A stretch of 64,000 nt of DNA, taken from the human T2T-CHM13v2.0 reference genome, Homo sapiens. A program made the translations under genes and the position numbers. The DNA is taken from assembly GCF_009914755.1 (NCBI RefSeq), contig NC_060948.1. The stretch is one strand, 5' to 3'. This document shows, in pieces, positions 25,053 to 51,350 of the stretch (positions within the stretch are counted from its first letter, which is position 1; every line of letters starts with the position of its first letter). The notes below the pieces were generated by a model. The model was not told where the DNA came from. It saw only the letters and a program-made list of their open reading frames with translations, and searched no databases.

Positions 25053-27282
25053 CTGGCCTCCTCTCTGTTCACTCTCTAATGGCCTCCCTCCCTGGAGAAG
25101 TACTGCAGGGGATTGAGCTACAGGCTCTGGCTGATGATCTAGGGGACTGCAGAAGTGGGTACAGGTTAGTTCAGGTCATGGCTCAAAGCCAGTTCCCCAG
25201 AGGCCAAGGAATGACCAGCAAGATCCTTTCCCATGATGCCCTACCTGGCGCTCACCTCAGCAATCCTGCCAGAACCTGGGCAGTCATGGTCAGCCAACCA
25301 GCTGAAGAAGGTCAGGTAGGAGCTGTACGGCCTGCAGCTGGAGGCTTGACCTTCATGATCCCACAACCACTAGACTGCAGTGGAATGAGACATCCCGTAT
25401 CCTGCAGAGAGAGGAGTCAGGAAGGTTCATGCCAGACCTACCCTCCCACACACCAGCTCCCCTACCATGCTGGGAGGCGCTCCTTACCGAGGATGCCAAG
25501 GCAGTACTCCTGAATGATCACTTCATTGTGGAAGTAGAGACTGTGATAAAAGGAAAACTTCATCCTGCTGCCGGTACCCGGAAGAGTTGCTTTCCTCCCC
25601 TTACCTGGCCAAGAAGGAGAAAGAGGACGTACTCAAAGGAGCATTTCATGTAGCTGGGGTGAGGTGACCTGTTAGCTGGGGTGAAGCATGTGTTTCTCCT
25701 TCCCAACTCTCTCATTGAGACACCCCCGGGTCCCAGGGGTACCTCAACCTGACCCAGACACCAGACCCCTCCCGAAGACTCAGGCTCCTTAGCCCGACCT
25801 GCAAATCCATCACGTACGTAGCTTAGCAGGACTTCATCATCATTTGTGATCCCGGCCAACATCTCGGTGTGCCGCACAATCTGCCTCTGGTCAAGGAGCC
25901 GCCGGATGATTGGGTGGGCGTGCAAGGAAACACCCTGCAACTTTGCAAGAGCACGGAGAGTGTGGGGCAGGGCACCTTCCCTTCCAGGTCCTCTGTCTCT
26001 GTCTGGCGTGGAGGGCACCATCAGAGCTGTGGTGGTCTTGGTGGTGGGTGGAGGCAGGCCCAGACAACCTGCTCTGACCAGGGGCTGGCACTGAAGAAGT
26101 GGGCAGGGGGTTGGGGGCGGGGTGTTGTTGTGTGAGGCGACTACTTGCTCGGCGTTTCTGAGCTGCAGGAGGCCCTCCTGTGCTGGGTGCTGGACAGGCT
26201 CTGCTGCTGTCTGGGTGTGCCGTCTCTCCTTCTCCTGGTCTCCCTGAGGGGTGCACGTGTCCACCCCAGGCAACCGCTGTGGGTAGAAGTAGCTACGGGG
26301 CTGTGCCTGGCTCTCCCCGTGGAGCTCGAGTGGTTTCAAGGGAGCTTATATATACTCAGGGCCTAAACATCTTTGGGTGCAGCGCTGGCAGAGGGAAGAA
26401 ATTGTGTCTGGGGAGATAGTGCCTGCCTTGCATAGGACAGCAGCCCCGTGCACAGTGACACCGAGTCTTGAGCACCTTGTGTTTCTGGGGTAAGCTTGCT
26501 GGACACAGGCAAGGGGAGCAGGGAAGTTCCGTGGCTGGCATGGGCATGCAGACTCCCCTTCCTCCAGGGACTTTCCCGGTGAATCGTATCCTTCAACTTT
26601 CTGCTGTTATGATGGGTCCTTGGCGCTGCTATTCTCCCTGGTGAGTGCTGTGCTTGGCTTCCTGTCCCTACCACATGCCCTCAGGGCACATGCAATTAAG
26701 CTGCCCTCCTATCCGCATGAGCCTGTTCTCAGTTCCCCTTGTTGTCCCCCATGCCCTGAATCCTGGCTGACCGCCAGTGCCTACCACCTTGTTTCCCCCC
26801 ACCTCCGCTCCCGGGAGCTCCGCGCCCATCCCCTGCTGCCAACCATCCCGAATTGGCAGCTGCAAGGATATGGCTCTGGCCCAGAAGCCGGGGATGCCCT
26901 GTGGCCTGGGACATTCACGTAGCCGAGCTCCAAGTGAAGGACGTCCAGCGAGTCTGTTGCTGGCCGGGGCGTACTGGGGCCAGGGCCAGGCTGTGCCTGC
27001 AGGTCCTCCTGCTGTGGCTCCACATTGGCCTTCCTCCTTGGCCACCACCTCCATCTCTGCAATGATGTCATCCCCCACTAGCATGCCTCTCCCCGCAGGG
27101 TTGTCTTCCTGCTCTGTGCACAGACCATCCTCTCCTGCACAGCCTCCAGCCTTAACATGGTGCCCTCCTTGAGGCTCCAACAGAGCAAAGCCTGTGCCTC
27201 CCACCCCACCCCCCCGGCACCCGTCAACTCTGGGGGCAACTCCAGGAGAGGCCTGCGGGCCTTGCCCTGCTGAGAACCACAT
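25053..27282 (-). pseudogene. TSPY-like pseudogene, copy 2
   Basis: Same sequence at +23530 apart from two substitutions seen (25533, 27095). Confidence 0.88.
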
Positions 27283-27949
27283 CCTACACCTATGTGGAAC
27301 AGGGTTCCTGGGGGGCCCCACAGGGCCCTTAGCCTGTCACACTCACACTGGGGCTCAGATACCCAGCAGGGTTAGCTGCGCACGGCAGCCCTGGAGTCGG
27401 ATGCCAAGGCCCTGGCTTCCAGAGCCCCGCTAGCAGGCACACGGCCACCACTGCACTTGTGAGAGCCTCTGCACCAGCAAAGCAGTGCACACGGATCACT
27501 GCATTGGCGACCATGGCGGTAGGCCTCCCGTGTGCCCAGGGCACAGGATGAGAAGTCCTTTGGAATGCCCCTGTGAGTACAGCATCCTCAGGGAGGAACC
27601 ATGGAACTCGGAGTATGTATTTGCCTAGACCTGACAGAATCCTTGCAGGGTTTCAGCTTCTGGTGCAGATGAATTCCACCTCAGCAACGTACCAGTCGAC
27701 TTTAGTCCCACGCACCCGCCCTGCCCCAATCCCCCCAAGCCACCGCTGCTGCCCTCGCCCCAGCAGCAGCGCTGGTCCCTCTCTCTCCCCTCTGGATCCG
27801 CAATATTCAGTACCATCAGCCTAGCCTGCCTAATGAAGTGAGATGTTTCATGTGTTCCCTGTGGGTTAGTTAATGTCTTGCCACACTCAGGATGCCAGTT
27901 AGGGTGTAGGTCTTCCATGCCCACAATTGCAAAGGGCTCACAGTTCGCG

Positions 27950-28277
27950 TGTGCCTTAATCCACCGCGGCCCGCCACGTGGCACAAGCGTGGTCTCGGAA
28001 GAGTTACCGCGAGATGATGGAGCCGCAGGCCTGCTGGGGCGGAGCGGCCTCAGGACACGCCCACAGCCTTTGCAGTAACTGGCTGACGCCCACCGCCTTC
28101 GCAATGATTGGCCGCTGGAGGTAGGCGGGATTTCCGGGCACGGCTTCCGGCGTCCTTCCCTCTCAGGGAAGCTCCAGCTGTCCCTCCCGCAGTTGGCCCT
28201 GTGGTGTTCCGAAGCCGGTTACGTACGGCCTGAGGGCCAGGCGAACCTCAGGCTCTTTGTCCTACTAAAAAGCGCAG
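27950..28277 (+). promoter_or_regulatory. RBMY1 copy-2 promoter and non-coding exon 1
   Basis: Identical to 4420-4747 at offset +23530. Confidence 0.75.
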
Positions 28278-30121
28278 GTATTTTCTGTTTCTCTGGACAG
28301 CTGGGTCTCTCGGCAAGAATAGAAAGCGAAGGTTTGGGATTTTGTCTATAAAAGGGGATGGGTTTTCTATGTGTGGGTGTTGAATTACGGGAGGAGTCAG
28401 TGGGGAAAGAACTCCTCAGTGCTATTAAGAGACTCACTTTCGTTAAACTCATTGATTTTTCCTGAGGATTCTACCTTTAACTGCCTAATGTGTCCGACTA
28501 GTTGTGGGAGATGGTGCTAAGCCGCCATTGGTTTTCATGTGCACTTTTTATTAAAGCGGGTTTTCTCTGTGAATGTGGTGATAATTCAGAATACAGGCAA
28601 TACACTTAACCACTGCGATTAAAAAGTCACACTTTTGGTTAGCACATGTCGCGTGTCTGATTTGCTTGGAAGAATTATCAAATTTTGACATAAATTGTGT
28701 TACTTTAGTGTATGTAGAAATATGGGGCCACAAATAATCTGAGTTTCAGTTTGCCTCTGTAAAGCCTGTGATTGTCTCCTTCGTTGTATGGCAGTATTTG
28801 AAACGTTTCATGTGTCTTTGGCACCGTAAATAATTTAAACCGAATAAGTGGGTGTAATCGAGACAAATGGAGTTAGATAGCCGAAAACTGGAACAAAATA
28901 GATGCGCTTAAGTTATTCTGTTAACCTGGCACACTGCCTTACTCCTGTAGTCCTAGCATTTTGGGAAGTGGAGGTCGGAGGATGGCTTGAAGTCAGGAGT
29001 TTGAGACCAGCCTGGGTAACGTACTGGACTCTTTCATTGCTATTTTCGCATCAGGGACTGGTTTAGTGGAAGTCAGTTTTTCCTCAGAGAAAGGTTGCGC
29101 AGGGGAAGAAGGCGGCGAGGTGGACAGGTTTGGGAGTGGGGGCTGGCGGCAGGTCTCCGAGGGGCACGTGGTGGGGCGGGTCTTCCGGTAGGAGCAATGT
29201 GACAGAGGCCAGGTGGGGCAGTGAGGCTGTCACGGGGACAGGGAGGGCCAGCGAGGGAGTAGGGAGGATGGTTTCCGGATAAAACTGTACCACCTCAGGT
29301 CATCCTCAGGCGTTACATTCTCCACAGACAGGTATTGCAGGTCATCCTCCGGCATCACATTCAGGCCACAGATAGGTACGGGTTGAAGGCTAGGGTTTGG
29401 GGATCTTTGACCTATTGTATATTTCAAATCACTAAAAGATGGTAAAATATTTAAAATATTCTCCTCCTAGAACATTTTAAGTAGCTTGATTTAATCTCTT
29501 ATCCAAATATCATGCTGAGTGTGGTGAGTCACCCTTGAAATCCCATCACTTTGGTAGTCCCAAGCCGGCAGAACACTTGAGCCGAAGATTTGGAGACTAG
29601 CTTGGGCACTATGGGGAAACCCTTGTCTATTTTTAAAAATACAAAAAATTGCCCAGCTGTGGTAGAAAGCGCCTGTAGTACTAGCTACTTGGGAAGCTGA
29701 GATGTAGGAAGATCAGTTGAGGCTGGGTGGAAGAGCCTGCAGTGAGCAGTTCACTTTGGCGACAGGAGACAGACATCTCAAGAAAGAAAATATGCAAAAC
29801 ATCACACTGTACCTCATAAATAGATTCTTTTCAAATAAAATTATTTAAATGGGGACATTCTTCATATTGCAACTGAGGAAAATTACAATAGCTTTTCTTA
29901 TCTAATTTTTAGAAATGAGATTTTTGTCAGGTACATACTAAAATGCAGCATTTGTCCATGAAGTTAGTGCCCCTTTGCTCTGAGTGTTACAAATTTTACA
30001 TATATAAAGTAAGAAATACTAAAAAGATGTCAGCCTCAGGAAGGGAATTTTACTTGGGTTTTCAGCACAGTATGTAATAAAATTTTATCTTTTTAGCTTA
30101 TTTATATCTAAATATAGATAA

Positions 30122-42300
<12,179 letters not shown>

Positions 42301-42554
42301 AGCAAGCATTGAAAATAATAGTTATTGCATACCAATCCTTGTTTGCAAATCAAAAATTGAAATGTTATTTCTGCATTGTTACCTGCATATTACTGAAAGA
42401 AACATGTTGGTTTTGTGGAGAGAGGTAGATACTAACTTCCTCCATGAATTTTTTGAGGTATTCAAAGGAAAAGGAATTGTTTTCAAAGTAATTTCATACT
42501 TGTTGATGCTATTTGAAAAGTGTTTAGATGTAATATCTACCTTAAAATTTTCAC

Positions 42555-42560
42555 AATAAA
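42555..42560 (+). terminator. Polyadenylation signal of RBMY1 copy 2
   Basis: AATAAA at the equivalent position (+23540). Confidence 0.7.
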
Positions 42561-45110
42561 ATTTGACATGTACTGCAAGATGCCTGGTGTTATTGGTTAG
42601 CCGCGCATGCTTAAAGCAAATTCAATAGGAGAGTAAATTGTGTAGTCTGTTGTACATTTTCCTTTGTTTCTTTGAACATAGGTACAAAATTAGGGATGTG
42701 TTATGTCGCCCTTGCAAGCTGCTCAAGTTTTGTAATTAGGCTGTTTCTCTTTAAAAACTAACAAGGTTAAAATGTTGGAGAAGTCTTCAGAAAGACTACA
42801 AAACTGTCTGCCTCACCATAAAACGTTTATTTTTTAGAGGAATAGTACAGGTCAAAGGAAATCATTAGATGTATTGATACTAAAGTTTAAGACATCCGGA
42901 ACATTCTATGTGAAGCATTCTGTGACTGAAGAGGATAACGGTAATGAAAACTTTTTTTTTCACCTAAATCAGAAGTGAACCAGCTAAGTTTCTCAGGTGC
43001 GTAGCATAATGAATTTAAATGTTCGTAGTTTAAATAGTGGAAAGTAAGTGTTTTGTCTTGTGAGGTTCCCACGTTAATTTTTTCTTGAATATTTTGACAG
43101 TGGATGTTGTAAGTAATGGTTTAGTAATATGTTCTTACAGATAGGAATAATCTAGAGTGGTTGGGATAGTATCAGTTTTTTTTTGAGGTGAAGTGTATAG
43201 CTTTGTCGCCGAAGCTGGGGTGCAGTGGCTCTGTCTTGGCTTATGGCAACCGCTGCCTTCTGGATCCAAGCTATTCTCCTGCCTCAGCATCCTGAGTAAC
43301 TGGTATTAGATATGTGTGCCGCACAGCGGGGCCAATTTTTGTATTTTTAGTGCAGACAGCGTTTCACCTTGTTTGCCAGGCTGTTCTTAAAATCCTGATC
43401 CACCCTCCTCAGACTCCCGAAGTGCTAAGATTATAGGCGTGTGCCACCACTGTCAGCCTATCGTATTTAATTGATAATATGAATGGAAACGCTTTAAACC
43501 TCATACTTAGGGGAAAGTGAAGTGTATAAAACATAAACAACAGCATAAAGTTTCCGACGGGATTGCTTAAAGTTTTAAGACATCACTGAATGATACAAAT
43601 ATTTAGACCGAAATAACTAAATGAATTAATTTTCCTGATTATACAAACTAAAGAAATGAAATACATCAAGTTCCAGAAGTTTTGCAGTCCATAATTCTTA
43701 CAATTGACAGACTAATCTGCAAGGAGGAAGTATTTTCTTGAAAAATTTTGACAGAATCATCAATTTTTACAGGGTAAGGGTACAAATAATTTTAAAGGGA
43801 GAAGTTACCAACTTTGATTTTCAAGTGAGTTATTCATGTTATGGAGTGTTTTCATTCACCTGTAGCATTGTGAGGATGAAGTGAAAAGATAAATCTCCCG
43901 AGTCTTGTGTATCTTACTGTCCATGTGTGATGGCTCAGGTCTCTAATTCTAACACTTGGGGAGGCCGAGGCTTGCAGAGCACTTTAGGACAGGAGTTGAA
44001 GACCAGGCTGGCCAACACCATGAAACCCCATCTCTACCAAAAATACAAAAATTAGCCGGGCATGGTGGTGCCTGCCTGTAGTATGTTGCAGTTAATTGGG
44101 AGGCTCAGGCAGGACAGTGGTTTGAACCTGGGAGCCTGATGCTGCGGTGAGCCGATATTGCACCATGCACTCTAGCCTGGGTGACAGAGTGCGACTCCAA
44201 CACAAAAATAATTATATCAATCAACAAATATATACATAATAAATAGGGTATCCTTCAGTTCAAGCACTTACCGATTCTTTTTTCTTTTTTAGAGACAAGG
44301 TCTCACACTGTTGTCCAGCCTAGACTGCAGTGGCACCATCATAGCTCACTGCAGCCTTGAACACGGGCTTGAAATGTGCAAGCCTTCCATTTCAGCCTCC
44401 CAAGTAGCTGGAATTACAGACACACACCAACCACCGTGCCCAGCTTTTGTGTTTGTGTGTGTGTGGTAGGGACAATGCTTTGGATATATTGTTCAGGCTG
44501 GTCTCAAACTCCCAGACCGAAATAATCCTCCTTCCCTGGCTTCCCAAAGTGTTGTGATTATAGCCGTGAGCCACTGAGTCTGGCATATCTTTTCTCATTA
44601 TGAGCGACATTCCACCTCACTGAGTCTGGCGTATCTTTTCTTGGTATCAGCGACATTCCACCTTCGCTCTATTAATTATTTTGAGATGTACAATAAATCA
44701 TTATTAAGTGTAGTCATCCTGTGCCACTGAACACTAGATATTATTCCTTCTAAGCAAGTATAATTTAACCCACCCCCATCCCCTCTTTGATCCCTCGCTT
44801 ACCAGTTCACATTACTTGTATCAAAATATCACATGTATGCCAAAAGTATCTACAACTGTTAGGTACAAATTTTCATTCCCTTCCTCCTTCCCTCCCTTCC
44901 TTTCTTCCTTCCTGTCTTTCTTTCTTTTTGTCTCTGTATCTTTTTCTCTCACTGATTTTTTTTTTTTTAAGAAAGAATCCTGCCCTGTCACCTAGGCTGG
45001 AGTGCAGTGGCGTGATCTCAGCTCACTGCTCCCTCCTTATCACGGGTTCAAGCAATTGTCCAGTCACACTCTCCTAAGCAACTGCAACTGCAGTCATATG
45101 ACACCAATCC

Positions 45111-45114
<4 letters not shown>

Positions 45115-45151
<37 letters not shown>
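45115..45151 (+). repeat. (TG)n microsatellite in the Alu linker
   Basis: Direct observation; absent at the paralogous site ~21570. Confidence 0.9.
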
Positions 45152-45153
<2 letters not shown>

Positions 45154-48100
45154 TTCTATTTTCAGTAGAGACCAGGTTTCACAATATTTGCTCGGGCTGG
45201 TCTTGAACTCTTGTCCTCTAGTGATCCACTCACCTCATCCTCTGAGAATGCTGGGATCCAGGCGTGAGCCACAATGCCCACCCAGTTTTATGCATTTGTC
45301 TCTTCAGTAATCTCTCCTATTTTATTATTTTATTCTCTTTTTATTTCTGAGACAGAGTCTCGCTGTGCTGCCCAGGCTGGAGCACAGTGGTGTGATCTCA
45401 CTTTACTGCAAACTCCATCACCAGGATTCAATGGATTCTCCTGCATCAGCCTTCCAAGTAGCTGGGATAATATCCATGGGCCACCAAGCTTGGCTAGCTT
45501 TGGTATGATAGTAGACATGGCATCTTGCCATGTCTAATTTCATATCTATTTTAAAGCTCAGTTTATAAGCAATACTGACTTCCTGGAATGTTTTCTGTTT
45601 ACAAAACTATAGTACTATTATTTAGCCTCCTCAGATAAAATATGATAACACACAAAACATACACACACAGACAAAGACACGGTCAGTGATCAAAAAATCA
45701 GTGTAGGCCACGACCTAAAATGGAAGGTGAACTGCTGCAGTTGCCTAGAATTAAAGCAGACCAGAGTTGACCCATACCAGGCTGAGAGATGTGAACAGAG
45801 GCTTTCAAACAACTCTATCAGATACATGTTAGATTATTCTCCAGCCATAGCGAAGGGGCATTAAAGATCTGTTGTGTTTAGAAGAGTCTCGATGATTTGA
45901 CTTTTCCAGGGTATTAGCATTCATGATGTTGGCCTTTACAGCTCTCTGCAATTAAGTCAGTAGACAACTCAGTTTTTCTAGGAGTCTAAAGTGCTTTTCA
46001 GAATTATCTAAAGCTTAGTGGCTTAAACAATAATTATAATTTACTAACTGTCAGTCTCTGCAATCCCCCGCAGTCACTCAGCCAAATGATTGTGGTTCTG
46101 GGGCACTCAGGAGGACGCAATCTAGTGATGGCCAAGGTTGGGGACGTTGGCGGGTGTCTTCTCATCTCCCTGGTGCCATGGCTAGCGTGACTCAAATAGC
46201 AGGGGCTGGACTGCTGAGATGCTCAGACATCTTGTTCTGTTTCTTTGAGTCTCTCCATTGGATGTCCCTTCTGCATAGTGTCATCAGGGTGTTAGACTTC
46301 GTGATGTACTGGTCGGGGGCTCCTAAGGGGGATGAGAGCAGGAGAGTTAGGCAGAGCTGTGTCACCTTTTCTAAACTAGGCCAGAGGTGGTCCAGTATCC
46401 AGAAAATGCTTGCACTGTTTTCTATTCATTACAAGCAAGTACTGTGTTCAGTCCCATCAGGAATATTTTCAAATGGGTGTGAGAAGAATTTCAAAGTGTG
46501 TTTTAGACCACTACAGTGGTCATGCCTAATAATTCCTTATTTTTACAAGTGCTCGATGGGTTTTTCCCAAAATAATAGCAGATACAGACTTTTAAACTTG
46601 AAACCTATGTATCATAGCTCTGAACATTTGGCTATATGTTGAAATAACTTGAGCAAAAATTGATTTTGAAATGAGAGTTATAAATAAAATACATGAGATA
46701 AAGTCATAAATATATGGATGAAATGCTTATAAAGAGATCAGCCTTAAAAATGTCAATAGGTCTAATATGCCACTATTTTACTATTTCTATGGATATTACT
46801 TGGATAAGAGGACAAGGACTCAGGGGTGTGCTGCTCTATCTCTTCACCTTGAAACTGCAGCTGGGGCACCAGGAGTAGCAGTTCCCGCTAACACCATGTG
46901 GTGAGGACAAGGAGTCCATTCAGGTTAAGGAGGGTGTGAGCATATTGTGATCTGGAAGAGAGATACACCTGGTACAGCAACCAGGATCAAGGTCCCTGGC
47001 ACATGTTGAAATCCCCCATGCCCAGCTGTGGCAGAGTGAATCCCTCAGCTGGTGCTGTGCCTCCAGGTATGTTCTGAAAGCAGCTGCCTGCGCTGAGAAG
47101 GATCCCCTCATTCCCTTGTCATGTGGGAGGGTGAGGCTTGTGGCCCCCGCTCTGTCTGTTCCCGCTCTTTGCCTTCCCATTATCCCACTGCTGGGTAAGG
47201 TGGCAGGACCCCGGAATGTAGAAGGGCCCTGGGTTGTTGACAGTGCCTGTGGGTGGCCATGTACTAGGAGGAGAGTCCTCACTGAGCCTCCCACGAGCTT
47301 GGAGGCGGGGAAGGAACAGTCCTGGGGCACTGGCTGTTCCAGAGTCCAGGGGTCTGTCCCAGAGAAGGCCAGGGGGAGGTTGTAAGCCTGTGGATCTGCA
47401 ATCTAGGTGGAAGACCTGTATCTGCCATGGCTGACATCATCAGGGCATGACACTCACTGGGTGGAGAGCTGGGCTTATGCATTTTACCCCTGTCCTGAAG
47501 AGACCCTGCATGCCTGGTTCTCCTGGGAACAGTGATCCTAGGGACCCCCCAGTCTGGGTCCACTCATGACCATAAGCTTAGGATCTTGTGTGCCTTGCTT
47601 CCTGTCTGCCCAGGTGAGGCATCCTGGAGAGGGTGCATGGGGCAAAGCTCGTGTGCGCACACCCAGCACTGGGACGGGGTGTCACCGGCCAGTTAGGCTC
47701 TCCTGGCCCTCTCCTGAGCTCCCACCTGGCTAAGTGGCAAGTGTCCCATCTACCTGAACCCACAGCCCAGGTTTCTCTTCCACCTACTGACCCATGCCCT
47801 CTTAGGGAGAATGCCACCCTCCCTGGAGACTCAGGCCCTGCCGGACCCACATGCTGTCCTCTCTCATGGGCCGGAGACTCTGGTGCACAGGGATTCCCGA
47901 ATAGCGAATCCCAAAGCCCTGCAGGTTTCACTGATTCTTACCTGAATGCCCCAGCCGAACACACAGGTAAACACAGGCAGCTACTAGGTTTTATATCCCT
48001 CTGGGTGTCATTTCAGGTTTATGACATCTCCTCTAGGTAGCTTGTGCCAGCCACCCTTTTCCTCCTCCCTCTGCCATTTGTGAGAACCATGAGGACTCTT

Positions 48101-49091
48101 TGCTTCTCCCTAGCATGCAGACTTCACGGGTCCTGAAGTTGGATTGCCAAACCCAGCGGCACCCTGCTTGCCAGCTTAAGAGCTGAGTTTGAGGCACACC
48201 TGTGGGCAGGAGTGTCGGCCCTCCCAAAACCAAGGTACACAAAGGTACACAGGCACACGTGTGCACATGCGTGCATCAGCTTAGACACACAGGCTGGACA
48301 CGCAAACTGGAATGTGCCCATACCCACACTGGTACGAGGGAAACTGGGTGTCTACACCAATACTCAGGTGAGGCTTACTGCTCAGCCACGTACCCTCCCT
48401 GGACACACACAGAAGATCCCCTGCCATTTAATTGATCATCTGCAGTAGGATTTATTTTTACTTTTATACTTTTTTAACTTACCAAAGTATGTTGCATTCT
48501 TTTCCCCATCATGAAAAAGACTTTGATACAAGTAAAGAGGAAAAGCACTTTTTATAATGAAATCTTTTATCTGCATCTATATTATTAAGGCATTTAAAAA
48601 ACTTTATGTCTATTTTTTAATGTCATAGGAAATGTCTTGAGAGCCGGGGAAGCATGAATGAGGATGGCAGAGGGGATAAAGCATGTCAGGGGAGCCTGGG
48701 GTCATTGAAACAAAACGTGACAGGGCTGGGATAGCCATTCTAGAAGTACGTAGACCTAGGCACGCCCTGCGTGCACTCTAGTTGAGCCCAAACTGAGCCC
48801 CAGGTAGTAGCAGGCCTCAAGGCATAGAAGGGAGCCAGAGAAGGATGATGAGACAGCTATCCCTTGAGCCTTGCTTCTCACCCATTGACCTTTGCCACTT
48901 CTGCCTCAGGCACTTCAGGTTCCCCAATTCTGAAATATGAGTGTTACAGTTCCCTGATGGGCCTTTCTGCCCCAGTCCAGGGATGGCCTGGGATTTCTCA
49001 CTGCAGGCTCCTCCCTGAGCCTTGAGTTCTCCATGTGTGTCACAGCTGCAGGACCCACAGGCCTTTGAGCCCCCAGCTGTGGGCTGCTTAC

Positions 49092-51350
49092 CTGGCCTCC
49101 TCTCTGTTCCCTCTCTGAGGACCTAATCCTTAGGTAGTGCTGCAGGGGATTGAGACGGAAGCCCTGACTGATGATCTGGAGGAGTGGGGAAAGTGGTCTG
49201 TGAAAGGTCAGGTCATAGTTCAAAGCCAGTTCCCAAGATGCCAAGGAAAGACCAGCAAGGTCCTTTCCCATGACGCCCCACAGCGGCCCCTGCCTCAGCA
49301 GTCCTGGCTGACCCTGAGTGGTCACAGTCAGCCAACTAGCTGAGGAAGCTCAGGTAGGCTGTGTCCTTACTGAAGGTGGGGCTTCTTCTGATGACTCTAG
49401 AACCACTGGACTACACTAGAGCCAGTGGCCCTGCATCCTGGAACAAGAGTCAAAAAGGCTCATGCCAGGCCTAGCGTCCCACACTCCACCCTCTACCACA
49501 CCAGGAGGCACTCCTTACCAAGGATGTGAACACGATATTCCTTAATGATCACTTTATTGTGGAAATAAAGGTTGTGACAAAAGGAACACTTCATCCTGCT
49601 GCCGGTACCTGGGATGGCTGAGTTCCTCCACCTGCCATGCCAAGAAGAAGAGGACAGACTCAAAGGATCCATTTCATCTATCTGGGCTGAGGGCCTGCTG
49701 ACTGGGGTGCAGCATGTGTTGCCCCTTCCCAGCTCTACCACTCAGAACCCCTGTGCCCCAGGAGGACCTCAACCTGAGCAAGACCCTGGACCCGTCCCGC
49801 AGACCCCGGCTCCTCAGGCTGAGCTTCAAATCCATCCTGTAGCTTACTTAGCAGGACTTCCTCATGGTTTCTGAACTCTGCCGACATGTAGGTGTGCTGC
49901 ACAATCTGCCTCTGGTCAAGGAACCTCCAGATGATTGGGTGGGCATGCCAGGAAACACCCCACAACTTTGCAAGAGCTGGGAGAGTGTTTGGCAGGGCTA
50001 TCCCAAAACCTTTGACCTGGTACCCTGCATTGGTGGTCCTGTCTCTGTCCAGTGTTGGGGGCATGGTAGTGGTTGTGGTGGTCTTGTGGGAGGGTGGAGG
50101 GAGGCCCGGAAAGCTCCTGCCAACAAGGAGCGGGCGGCACAAGTAGGCAGGGGATTGGGTGTGGGGTGCTGTTGTGTGAGGCGGCTGTATCTTCAGAGTT
50201 GCTGAGCTGCACATGGTCATTGTGTGCTGGATGCTGGACTGGCTCTGCTGAGGGTGTCCAGGTGTGCAGTCCCCTCTTCTCCTGGTCTTCCTGAGGGGTG
50301 GGCGTGTTCACTTGAGGGAGCTGCTGTGGATAGAGGGGACTGCAGGGCTGTGCCTGTTGCTCCCCATGGGGCTTCCATGTGTGTAATGGAGGTGTTTGTG
50401 CAACGGAGGTTGTATATGCTCAGCTCTTTGGGTGCAGTACAGGCAGAAGGAAGAAAGCGTATCTGGGGAGTTTGTGCCTGCCTTGCAGAGGACAGCAGCC
50501 CAGTGCACCGTGAACCCAAGTCTTAAGCACCTTGTGTTTCTGGGGTAAGGCTGCTGGCCACAGACATGGGCAGCCAGGGTGGTTTCTATGGCTGGCATGG
50601 GCTTGCAGACTCCCCTTCCTCCAAGGACTTTCTCATGGAAACATGCCCTTCAAGTTTCTGCTGTGAGTGAAGGGTCCATGGGGCTCCTATTCTCCCTTGT
50701 GAGTGCTGAGCTTGGCTCCCAGTCCCTACCATGTGCTCTCAGGGCACCCCCAAGCAAGCTGCCCTCCTATCTGCAGGACCCTGGCCTCAGCTCCCTTCGC
50801 TATCCCCCATCCCCTGCCTCCTGGTTGTCCCCGTGTGCCCCTTGCTTGGCTCCCCTGCTCCCCACCCCAAGAAGCCAGATGCCCACCCCCTGCTGCCAGT
50901 CATTCCGAATGGGCAGCTGCAAAGATGTGCCTCTGGCCCAGAAGCTGGAGATGCCCTGGCTGATGGCCCCTGTGCCATCCAGGCTGGGAAGGCACCTCTG
51001 CCAAAGCTTACATCTCAGCTGTGGGCAGGCCATGTGGACTGGTTATTCATGGAACTCTGCTTCAAGTGAAGGGCCTCCAGCGAGTCTGTGGCTGGCTGGG
51101 GTGTGCTGGATCCAGGGCCAGGCTGTCTGCTGGTCCTCCACCAGGCTCCATGTCAGGCTTCTCCTCAACCACCACCTGGACCATGCCATGATGTTGTCCA
51201 CCACCAGCACCTTCTCCTCCCCCAAGAGTGCCTTCGAACTCTGCGCCCTGGCTGCCCTCTCCTGCAGAGCCTCCAATTTGAATGGGGTGCCTCCTTTGGA
51301 GGTCCCACTGACCATGACCTGCACTGTCCACTCACTGTCCACTCCACGTC
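49092..51350 (-). pseudogene. Third, more diverged, 5'-truncated TSPY-like pseudogene
   Basis: Collinear with 1523-3700. Peptides: EEKVLVVDNIMAW, LRCKLWQRCLPSLDGTGAISQGISSFWARG, IVQHTYMSAEFRNHEEVLLS, GTGSRMKCSFCHNLYFHNKVIIKEYRVHILG, IISQGFRLNPLQHY. Homology stops near 51350; the homologous 3' flank extends to ~48340. Confidence 0.85.
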
